Source: a virus (Duplodnaviria; Caudoviricetes). From it: 27,174 bases of DNA. This document shows, piece after piece, positions 8,901-15,372 of the stretch; the first letter of the stretch is position 1, and each line of letters opens with the position of its first letter. Below the pieces are notes generated by a model that saw nothing but the letters and a program-made list of their open reading frames with translations, was not told where the DNA came from and did no database searches. The stretch is from positions 1-27,174 of IMG/VR virus record IMGVR_UViG_3300033516_000067; one strand, given 5' to 3'. The position numbers and the translations under genes are program-made.

Positions 8901-9149
8901 TATGAGAAATATAAAAAACGCTCCGACAGTCCATTGCAAGTTCCGAAGCCGGCAGGTATCCCTGATGGCAACCCCCAGGCCAGCGAGCAGGCCAAGGTTG
9001 AACGACAGATGGTCCAGGTGGCGTTTTCGAACCAGAAGCACTCCATCGACGTCAATGTCAATTCTGGCAATGGTGCGGATCGGCAGCAACAATCGCACCA
9101 GGTTGGGTGGGTTTCCAAGCCAAAAGCCGCAGGCACATTAGCAGCATGA
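5991..9149 (+). CDS. Tape measure protein with C-terminal M15/LAS-type Zn peptidase motif
   Basis: 1052 aa, Ala/Gly-rich helical, with a hydrophobic Gly/Ala stretch; follows the chaperones; GAGG RBS; C-terminal SKHTKGLAFDF..GGHIHVEF. Confidence 0.85.
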   Translation: MAESIPIKVETNEAAAAINELGRSAADAAEDFSGLTSMLNEFLKRRSTELGKPVTLFSQDDVETLKAIRAEFQLLVRDTKGSGIGKQLSTQPGGAGAVRSPEQINGRLLESDSQKLQATLDKVLMSVLRRLSARTGASVTGLTANDLGAGGRQHPPVNPPNPNQPNPDPVPPRRPKRPDTPQSKSAKVLGYAAQQLSPLGGGAINQAASMGAEGMAGRGMGGMLAGGGMAGLAAGAGIGLVAAGIYKAASAVNEGIDREKVLATDIDKFRRSLGTTADSFSELRDQSRMVGDQFNLNYETSRKITTEFANIAKTNKGAVDQASEGVGLAQAVGVDEAQGAGFIASLRRDQSIGDKKSDARIMGIQFAEALKRTGSTLNAGELMSAIQGFSSDTAHRSLTAGNLDGYAGMLSAMVGSKTPGLDIGNSRSLMARADASFQSGGGAGEASKTLQFMALGGDRLGLMGVKMREAAGMMATNDQVFGDPNNPVNKYTGGQMLGHKGSSTGLEDLIKMIKDNSGGNKELEINTLSNHLNLNPNEAATFLNMEKEGKLGDTLAMARQYKGVDLNKMSSDGYTMLADVAHAKGDKGELESIRAGLNKRADLSDDQKSQLASMVGMDGAKLQDALVKFSTTLEREKTEGQKIQESATKTANATDRLAALLIPASVKSNELLSALVEKMAPDSEAAKRIAAAKEDDQLREKRQMVESGEIDPDQVEARNRRYNQIAFEMRTTNSTRESKVRNATKQIQELGDKAVPYSEVETANRQSRKPDEAKIKEDAAIWNEAQAAAKKKDAESLIRSGVDPSEQKPKSSTSPSQPVVPDEVRRKTAAELAAETAAAKPAAVAGADGTGKLRIKNRDENLGGGETKPGVFDFANAMQSSLGDDFKQLTAANDRYHQKNSPNSKHTKGLAFDFTVNDAKKSAAAAASARAELEAAGVKGRVIDEYKKPSSKSTGGHIHVEFANEREAANYEKYKKRSDSPLQVPKPAGIPDGNPQASEQAKVERQMVQVAFSNQKHSIDVNVNSGNGADRQQQSHQVGWVSKPKAAGTLAA

Positions 9150-10561
9150 TTTCAGTACATACCCCTGGGATTGACATTGTTCTGATCAAGACTGTCAATC
9201 GTATCAATGTCTCCAGTTCAGACGGGTCCAATGCGAAAAACGCACGAATCAGTCTGACACCGTATCTCAACGAAGGCAGCTCTGTCACCGTCACGAAAGC
9301 CATCAACACGCCCAGCAACAGTTTCGCCATCAGAATGGGTGATCAGCTAGTACAGGGTTATGGCGACTCCATCTACAGCGTAGTGGAGCCCATGGACGTT
9401 GTATTGATTTACATGAGTCAAGTTGGCAAACCGAAGATTGTCATGCGGGGCGTGGTGACCGACACCAGTCTGGACGAGAGCATCAGTGCCGACGGCAAAC
9501 CAAGCCGGATTGTCACCATCACTGGCGGTGATTACGGCAGCGTGCTGCGCATGATTCAGATTTACTATTTGCGCGGCAGCAATGTCAAAGAGCTGATGGC
9601 CGGAATGTCAGGTCAATACCTGAAGGATATGTTTGGGATTCCTTATGTCTCCATGCCGGCGCCGACATTTTTGGCACTGTTGGTCATTTGCGTCATCAAT
9701 GTGTTTATTGACCTCATTGACAACCCCGATCTTCCACCGTTGTTGGTGAGCCTTGTCGGTGCCGATGATGAAGACATCGTTTACCCGCAAGGAATGCAGG
9801 CCAACCCCGAGGGTACTATGTGGAGCCATCTGCAAAAGCACGGGAACCTCGGACCGTTCTATGAGATTTTGTTCGATGACGGGGAGGATGCCACGACGTT
9901 GCACTACCGCAAGCCGCCATTCAAGCACCTGGATACGGGAGAGTACATTTTCCCTACTGGGCAAGCCGAATCTTTCAGCATCGGGGTTCACGAAATCGTG
10001 TCGATTCGGCATTCCAGGTCCGAGCGTGATGTAGCCAACTATTACTACGTCAAGGTGGCAGGTAGCGACTTCAAAACAGCAATGGACATCATCATGCTGT
10101 CAATCGTTGGAGACGGGTCTAAGCTGACCACAAAAGATTACCCGAACACGCTGGAGACGCTTTACGGTTTCAGAAAAATGGAGGTCAGCACTGAGCACGG
10201 TAGCCTCAAGACCCAGATGGTACGCGGGCAGTCGGAGTCTGACTATCAGCAAGGCGGAACAGCACACGCCGAGTACATAAAAAAGCAGATCAAGTATCTG
10301 CAAGACTGCAATGTTGACAATGTGGTTTTTGAGTCTGGAACAATCCGTTGCAATGGGCGGCCAGATTTCAAACCGGGGCAATATGCAGAAATTGATTGGG
10401 AAAATGGAAGCAGCGCATCTTGCTACGTCACCAGCGTGACACATAATTTTGAGCCTTACCACGGATACACCTGCACGCTACAGTATTTGCGCGGCACCGG
10501 ATTTGTCAACCGTACCGGCTCGCCGCACCCGTATGTTTATGGAAAAGGGGTTTATCAGTGA
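9146..10561 (+). CDS. Baseplate hub / tail-tip protein (T4 gp27/P2 gpD-like)
   Basis: Start placed at ATG 9146 (ATGA overlap with the TMP stop) rather than 9107; ITGGDYGSVL, SGTIRCNGRPDFKPGQ and YVTSVTHNF..YTCTL are hub-type motifs; lies between TMP and spike. Confidence 0.75.
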   Translation: MISVHTPGIDIVLIKTVNRINVSSSDGSNAKNARISLTPYLNEGSSVTVTKAINTPSNSFAIRMGDQLVQGYGDSIYSVVEPMDVVLIYMSQVGKPKIVMRGVVTDTSLDESISADGKPSRIVTITGGDYGSVLRMIQIYYLRGSNVKELMAGMSGQYLKDMFGIPYVSMPAPTFLALLVICVINVFIDLIDNPDLPPLLVSLVGADDEDIVYPQGMQANPEGTMWSHLQKHGNLGPFYEILFDDGEDATTLHYRKPPFKHLDTGEYIFPTGQAESFSIGVHEIVSIRHSRSERDVANYYYVKVAGSDFKTAMDIIMLSIVGDGSKLTTKDYPNTLETLYGFRKMEVSTEHGSLKTQMVRGQSESDYQQGGTAHAEYIKKQIKYLQDCNVDNVVFESGTIRCNGRPDFKPGQYAEIDWENGSSASCYVTSVTHNFEPYHGYTCTLQYLRGTGFVNRTGSPHPYVYGKGVYQ

Positions 10562-11325
10562 GCGACATTTACGTTGGTCGTGTCATCAAGGTTCACCAGC
10601 ATGACAATTCTCTCGACATCCAGCTTTCTTATGATGGCTCTATGCTGACTGCTGTCCCGTTGATTGGCCCGATGATGACGTCGTCATCTGGCGTAGTCAA
10701 CATGCATCACGCCGAAGGAAACGCGCAAGATGGCCCAGGCAGTGCAACCCGGGACATTTGCGTTATTGTGGCGCGCACCAGTGGCGGGTTTGTGGCACTC
10801 GGATTCCTGTCGCTGCAAGTCAACCAGATGGCTTTCAATCGAGACAACTTCAAAATTGATCGGCACGCATCGGACGTTTATCACACGATTGACAATTCTG
10901 GCAATGTGGAGTTTTCACACCCAAGCGGGACTTTTGTCCGTGTGGCAACCTCCCCGGAGCATGAGAACCTGAGCGGCCAAGACACCGACAAAATATGGAG
11001 CATCACGCGCAACAAATCGGCGGCGGTGTGGCTCTCTGTGGTGGTGGCAAACGCCGGTGGAGTTAAGGCCGACATCCGGATTGACCCGAGTGGCAACGTG
11101 ACCCTTTCCAATGTCGGTGACCTGACGCTCACGACTACCGGGAACACCAGCATTTCGGCGGCATCCGTGACCATTAACGGGCCGACCACCATCAATGGGA
11201 CAACTGCCATCAACGGTGCAGGGCTTACGCATAACGGCGTAAATGTTGGGTTTGATCATGTCCACGGCGGTATCGTGCCTGGGGATGGGTTCACGCTTGG
11301 TCCTGGTGATCCACCAGAAGAGTAA
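10558..11325 (+). CDS. Baseplate central spike (P2 gpV/Mu gp45-like)
   Basis: 255 aa; GTG start overlapping the previous TGA; N-terminal VGRVIKVH OB-fold-like segment, beta-helix repeats (GNVTL, GDLTL, GNTSI, INGPTTING) and apex HVHGGI motif. Confidence 0.85.
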   Translation: MSDIYVGRVIKVHQHDNSLDIQLSYDGSMLTAVPLIGPMMTSSSGVVNMHHAEGNAQDGPGSATRDICVIVARTSGGFVALGFLSLQVNQMAFNRDNFKIDRHASDVYHTIDNSGNVEFSHPSGTFVRVATSPEHENLSGQDTDKIWSITRNKSAAVWLSVVVANAGGVKADIRIDPSGNVTLSNVGDLTLTTTGNTSISAASVTINGPTTINGTTAINGAGLTHNGVNVGFDHVHGGIVPGDGFTLGPGDPPEE

Positions 11326-11335
11326 TCTGGCGGCT

Positions 11336-11358
11336 GTCGTGACGGTACGCTGACCTCA
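11336..11358 (+). promoter_or_regulatory. Putative late promoter 3 (GTCGTGAC-N2-TACGCT-N6-ATG), leaderless
   Basis: Octamer 11336-11343, hexamer 11346-11351, ATG 11358 exactly 14 nt after the octamer; no SD. Confidence 0.78.
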
Positions 11359-12107
11359 TGCCATCCCTATTCAATCAAGACCAGTTTCTGGAGTCGTTCC
11401 GGGCCGACAGGTTGCCTGCTGTGCAGCGCTACTTGTCAGGCTCGGTAAGTGACGATTACCTTCTGGCAAAACTGTTTGCTGCTGAATCGACCGTACAGCG
11501 CGAGTTGCACGTTTACTTGACGCCTACCGTGTTGTTTCCAAATGACCCAACACAGGCCGAAATTGACGCCTTGGCGGGGGCTTCTTGGGACGTTGACCCT
11601 GGTTACGACTACACCGAGGACATGATCCAGCCTGGCGGTTGGACGTTCATCCCGCTGCGGCAGCGCCCGGTGATCGCGCTGGAGTCCATCAAGTTCATCT
11701 ACCCGTTTGGCGGCACGGTACTCACAGTTCCACCCGAGTGGATCAAGCTCGACAAGAAATACGGCCACATCCGGTTTCTGCCGACCAACGCCTTTCTGGG
11801 TGCCTTGGGCGGCATGTTGATCGGGGGCATGGGGCTGCAGGGGTCACCGCAGTTCATTGAAGTGCGCTACACGGCTGGGCTAAAAAATGCGGCTGCTGAC
11901 TACCCTGATCTGCTTGATCTGGTCCAGCGCATCATCATGCGCAGCCTCATGTCAGACGCCATCGTTTCGGCGTCTGAGTCGATCAGTGCCGACGGCCTGA
12001 GCCAAAGCAAAAGCGCTCCCGATCTGGACAAGATGCAAGACGGCATTGACAAGTCCATGGAACTGCTGCGCCAGCGCATTCACGGCGTGCCATTGATGGT
12101 GATGTGA
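11358..12107 (+). CDS. Head-tail adaptor/neck protein
   Basis: 249 aa; AESTVQRELHVYL, LRQRPVIALESIKF, IEVRYTAG, SESISADGLSQS are typical of head-tail connector (adaptor) proteins. Confidence 0.7.
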   Translation: MPSLFNQDQFLESFRADRLPAVQRYLSGSVSDDYLLAKLFAAESTVQRELHVYLTPTVLFPNDPTQAEIDALAGASWDVDPGYDYTEDMIQPGGWTFIPLRQRPVIALESIKFIYPFGGTVLTVPPEWIKLDKKYGHIRFLPTNAFLGALGGMLIGGMGLQGSPQFIEVRYTAGLKNAAADYPDLLDLVQRIIMRSLMSDAIVSASESISADGLSQSKSAPDLDKMQDGIDKSMELLRQRIHGVPLMVM

Positions 12108-12736
12108 TGCAACTTGACCCGAACGCCTTCAATGGGCTCTTAAACTTTCTGGGCCAGACGTTTTCGTGGCGCAAATCCTACGCATGCCCATGCGTCAACC
12201 CTGCAACCAATGCGCCACAATTAAACTGCCCGCACTGTCACGGCAAAGGGTTTCTCTGGGCAACTGCGGTCACTGGCGTGGCTGGCGTCCCTAGCCAAAA
12301 GGTGCAGCGCGAGTTTGCAAAGTTTGGGCAATGGGAAAGCGGAGACATGATGATTTCCGTGGGCAGCGATTCGCCTCTGTACGGCATGGGAGAGCGCGAC
12401 CGGGTGGTTCAATTGAATGGCGATGACCCGTTTTCTATCAACCTGCGCAAAGGCCACAACGACAAGCTGCCTTGGACGGCAAAGAAGATTGACCGGGTGT
12501 TTTGGCTGTCCGGTGCCGACATTGTTGAAGGCGGCATTCCAACACAAGACGCCACGGGGGCGCTGGTGTTCGCCTTCGGCGCGCCACCAACCGGCGTGAC
12601 TTACTCGGTCACCGGCACCAAGTACAGCGAGTACTTCGTGTTCCAGGAGTTCCCGACGGATAGAGGCCACCACTTCGGGGCCAAGTTGCCGCTGCGGGTT
12701 CAGCTCAGGCGGTTTGACCTATTTGGCAGGTCGTGA
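12107..12736 (+). CDS. Head closure/stopper-type neck protein with CPC..CxxC Zn motif
   Basis: TGATG overlap gives ATG 12107 (ORF track uses GTG 12104); WRKSYACPCVNP...CPHCHGKGF resembles the Cys-containing neck protein recalled in Herelleviridae. Confidence 0.7.
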   Translation: MQLDPNAFNGLLNFLGQTFSWRKSYACPCVNPATNAPQLNCPHCHGKGFLWATAVTGVAGVPSQKVQREFAKFGQWESGDMMISVGSDSPLYGMGERDRVVQLNGDDPFSINLRKGHNDKLPWTAKKIDRVFWLSGADIVEGGIPTQDATGALVFAFGAPPTGVTYSVTGTKYSEYFVFQEFPTDRGHHFGAKLPLRVQLRRFDLFGRS

Positions 12737-12752
12737 CAGGACTATGAGGATG
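12730..12752 (+). promoter_or_regulatory. Putative late promoter 4 (GTCGTGAC-N2-GACTAT), overlapping the upstream stop codon
   Basis: Octamer 12730-12737 contains the stop TGA 12734-12736; hexamer 12740-12745; predicted +1 at G12752. Confidence 0.72.
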
Positions 12753-12815
12753 CGCTCGGGATACGGTAGCTCCGGACAAGGCTGACGGCATAGCAGCTTT
12801 CCTTTGCGCATTCTT
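12746..12815 (+). ncRNA. Putative structured RNA leader upstream of rha (outer stem enclosing two hairpins)
   Basis: GAGGATGCGC (12746-55) pairs with GCGCATTCTT (12806-15); inner hairpins TCGGGA/TCCGGA (loop TACGGTAGC) and AAGGCTG/CAGCTTT (loop ACGGCATAG). Folded by hand only. Confidence 0.5.
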
Positions 12816-12837
12816 CTCTATGCGCCCAAGGAAAATT

Positions 12838-13416
12838 ATGCCTACTGTTCAATTCCCAGTTCTTAACTTTCAAGACTTCATTGCTGCCGATGGTGGCGGC
12901 AGATTGATTACAAGCTCGCATCAAGTTTGCTCTGTGTTTGGAAAGCGTCACGCCGATGTTCTGCGTGCAACCGAGAACATTATTGCAAACTGCCCTCCTG
13001 AATATGCCCAACGCAATTTTGCGTTAGTAATGGAATCAATGACTTACGTCGATTCTTTCGGCGATTCTGTGACAAAGGAAACGGGTCGCGTTGGTCATAT
13101 TGAAATGACAAAGAATGGTTTCATTTTGCTTGCCATGGGGTTCACTGGCAAAAAAGCCATGAGCTTCAAAATCGCATACATCAATGCGTTTGATGCGATG
13201 GCGGACTTTATTCTGAACAAGGCGATTGGGATTCGCTTCAAACTTGATCGCAATGAGCTTGAAGAAAAAGACAGCTTTCGACGTGGATCAATTCATGGTC
13301 GTGGTTTGCGCGAGCGCAGGATTGAAAAACCTTTACTCAAGGCAGAGCACGAAGTGTTGAGCGCAAAACTCCAGCCGTTTCTGCCGATGTTTGAAGAGCA
13401 CCCAACGGTCCAGTAA
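12838..13416 (+). CDS. rha: Rha family phage regulatory protein
   Basis: TSSHQVCSVFGKRHADVLRA..NFA..MTKNGFILLAMGFTGKKAMSFKIAYINAFDAM is the Rha signature; start chosen at ATG 12838 behind AAGGA (alternative ATG 12820); more AT-rich than neighbours. Confidence 0.9.
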   Translation: MPTVQFPVLNFQDFIAADGGGRLITSSHQVCSVFGKRHADVLRATENIIANCPPEYAQRNFALVMESMTYVDSFGDSVTKETGRVGHIEMTKNGFILLAMGFTGKKAMSFKIAYINAFDAMADFILNKAIGIRFKLDRNELEEKDSFRRGSIHGRGLRERRIEKPLLKAEHEVLSAKLQPFLPMFEEHPTVQ

Positions 13417-14201
13417 TGGCCTACACCGTTTCATTCGATGCTGCCAGCTTGATCGCTGGCATGAACTTGCAGCTTGAGAAGGCCATAGCCCAAGCCGTGC
13501 AAAACACGGCATTGACGACACAAGCCGCCTGGCAGCAGACTGTGCTGCAAACACCCGGAATTTGGCAGCCAACCAAAGACCGGTACGCGGGTTCCATAAA
13601 AGTGGAATTCGACACAAATGGCATGGGCGCACGGATTTACTCCGATGACCCGATGGCCACTCCGATTGAGCGTGGTATGCCAGCGCGCGACCTGAAGCAA
13701 ATGCTCAATACGTCCCTGAAGACAAGGGTTGCAAAAGGTGGAAAGCACGCCGGGCAGCGGTATCTCATAATTCCTTTCAGACATTCGACCCCAGGCTACA
13801 CCGCACACGGCAACGATATGCCGGCCGATGTCTATGCCAAAGCCAAGGAACTGACCAAGTCAAGCGTCACCAAGATGAGTTTCAGGAAAAACCAGATTGG
13901 GGTGTATGGCTTTACTGGCGCACGGGCTGGGTCAAAGTTGCTTGTCCGCTCGCGGACATACAACTGGGGCGGACGACTCGGGCCTGATGTTCCCAAGCGG
14001 TTTCAGGGCATGGTTCGGTTCAACACCAGCAGCGGGGGACAGCAATCCAGTTCGTACATCACATTCAGGTGCATGTTTGAGGACTCTACTGGCTGGATCA
14101 TCCCGGCCAAGCCTGGGCGCTACATAGCCAAATCAATATCAGAACAAGCCCAGCAAATGCTCAAGACCGAGGTCACGGCTGCCATCGCCAGTGTGTCGTG
14201 A
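13416..14201 (+). CDS. Putative neck/tail-completion protein
   Basis: 261 aa, basic; YAGSI, IERG..RDLK, RYLIIPFRH, YITFR, GWIIPA motifs resemble myovirus neck proteins; TAATG coupling to rha. Confidence 0.6.
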   Translation: MAYTVSFDAASLIAGMNLQLEKAIAQAVQNTALTTQAAWQQTVLQTPGIWQPTKDRYAGSIKVEFDTNGMGARIYSDDPMATPIERGMPARDLKQMLNTSLKTRVAKGGKHAGQRYLIIPFRHSTPGYTAHGNDMPADVYAKAKELTKSSVTKMSFRKNQIGVYGFTGARAGSKLLVRSRTYNWGGRLGPDVPKRFQGMVRFNTSSGGQQSSSYITFRCMFEDSTGWIIPAKPGRYIAKSISEQAQQMLKTEVTAAIASVS

Positions 14202-14217
14202 CTCTATCCTGCCCTGA
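14195..14217 (+). promoter_or_regulatory. Putative late promoter 5 (GTCGTGAC-N2-TATCCT-N6-ATG), leaderless
   Basis: Octamer 14195-14202 contains the stop TGA 14199-14201; hexamer 14205-14210; ATG 14217; no SD. Confidence 0.78.
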
Positions 14218-15356
14218 TGATTGACCAAGGCACCTATCTCGGCAAAGCCATCAAGCCCAGCCACGAACACGACATCTGGGCGCCGTTTGATTCGCCCTAT
14301 CTTGCCGATCTGGTCGAAGCCTTCACCCACACCGGCCAGGCCCACATCCAGTCCTTCAAGGACGCGCTTTCGTGGTGGCTGGCTACCCACGGTCAACCCC
14401 ACCAGAAAAATGCGTCACTGTCCCCACTGATGCCCGACATGCCTGTGCATTGGACCCAGACTGAGCTTGACGCCTGGAGCGCCTACTTCCACTCCAAACC
14501 CCGCGCACTGTGGCAGCCCGAGGACTGGTCCATGCTGGTCGAGTGGCTGCTGCAGCAATACTGGAGCCCGCAGTGGGCCGACAGCATGGCAAGCTGGCTA
14601 TCGGTCAAGTCCACGTTGCTTGGGCAAATCGAGGCCGGTCTGGCGGCCAACCCGCCAAGTGCGACAGTGGCCGCTGGCGTTGCTGCGGCGCTTCCGGTAA
14701 GCATCCCGTCTGTCATTGAGTTGGGACTGCCTGTGTCAAAGATCACCGAGGCCATGATCGCCTTTGCCCGGGTGCGCTGCGCTACAGCCATCGTTGACAT
14801 GGGTGAGAGCATGAAATCAGGCATCAGGTCTATCGTGCTGGAGCATCAAAAAGCGGTCATGCTTGGGGGCAAGCTGGAAAACATCCAGACCCTGCTTTTT
14901 GACAAGTACGCCACGGCAAACCGCGACTGGCGGCGCATCGCGGTCACAGAGGTGTCTGAAAACGCCGCGCAGGGCGTGGTGGCGGCCAGTGCCACTGGCG
15001 ACAAGCTCAAGCGCATTGAACAGTACAAGGGCGTGTGCGCTTGGTGCCACAGCATCAACGGCAAGATCGTCACCGTGGTGGACCCGGCCAAGCCAAACAA
15101 AGACGGCATGAACGAGGTTTGGGTTGGCAAGACCAACATCGGGCGGTCATCAGCGCCAAAAAAGCGGGTTGACGGCAGACTCTACGACCGCGAGCCAGAC
15201 GAGCTGTGGTGGCTGGCAGCCGGCGCACAGCACCCGCACTGCCGGGGTCGGTTCATTCTGTTTACCGGCATTGACCCTGCCAAGTACGATGCTTTCATGG
15301 CTGGCGTCAAAGCAAAAATGGCCCAACACCAGAAAGACGCTGCTGCCGGGTCGTGA
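14217..15356 (+). CDS. Head morphogenesis protein, SPP1 gp7/Mu gpF-like
   Basis: 379 aa; RDWRRIAVTE, CAWCHSINGK and QHPHCRG match the R...IA.TE / C..C / HPxCRC signature. Confidence 0.78.
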   Translation: MIDQGTYLGKAIKPSHEHDIWAPFDSPYLADLVEAFTHTGQAHIQSFKDALSWWLATHGQPHQKNASLSPLMPDMPVHWTQTELDAWSAYFHSKPRALWQPEDWSMLVEWLLQQYWSPQWADSMASWLSVKSTLLGQIEAGLAANPPSATVAAGVAAALPVSIPSVIELGLPVSKITEAMIAFARVRCATAIVDMGESMKSGIRSIVLEHQKAVMLGGKLENIQTLLFDKYATANRDWRRIAVTEVSENAAQGVVAASATGDKLKRIEQYKGVCAWCHSINGKIVTVVDPAKPNKDGMNEVWVGKTNIGRSSAPKKRVDGRLYDREPDELWWLAAGAQHPHCRGRFILFTGIDPAKYDAFMAGVKAKMAQHQKDAAAGS

Positions 15357-15372
15357 CATGACTATGCGCACA
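15350..15372 (+). promoter_or_regulatory. Putative late promoter 6 (GTCGTGAC-N2-GACTAT-N6-ATG), leaderless
   Basis: Octamer 15350-15357 contains the stop TGA 15354-15356; hexamer 15360-15365; ATG 15372; no SD. Confidence 0.78.

Noticed and set aside
9668-9720. Hydrophobic stretch FLALLVICVINVFIDLI in the hub as a transmembrane helix or holin
   Set aside because: Single internal segment of a hub-type protein, more plausibly a buried helix; no other support.
12746-12815. tRNA gene
   Set aside because: Only two inner arms, no TTC T-loop, no D-loop consensus and no CCA end.
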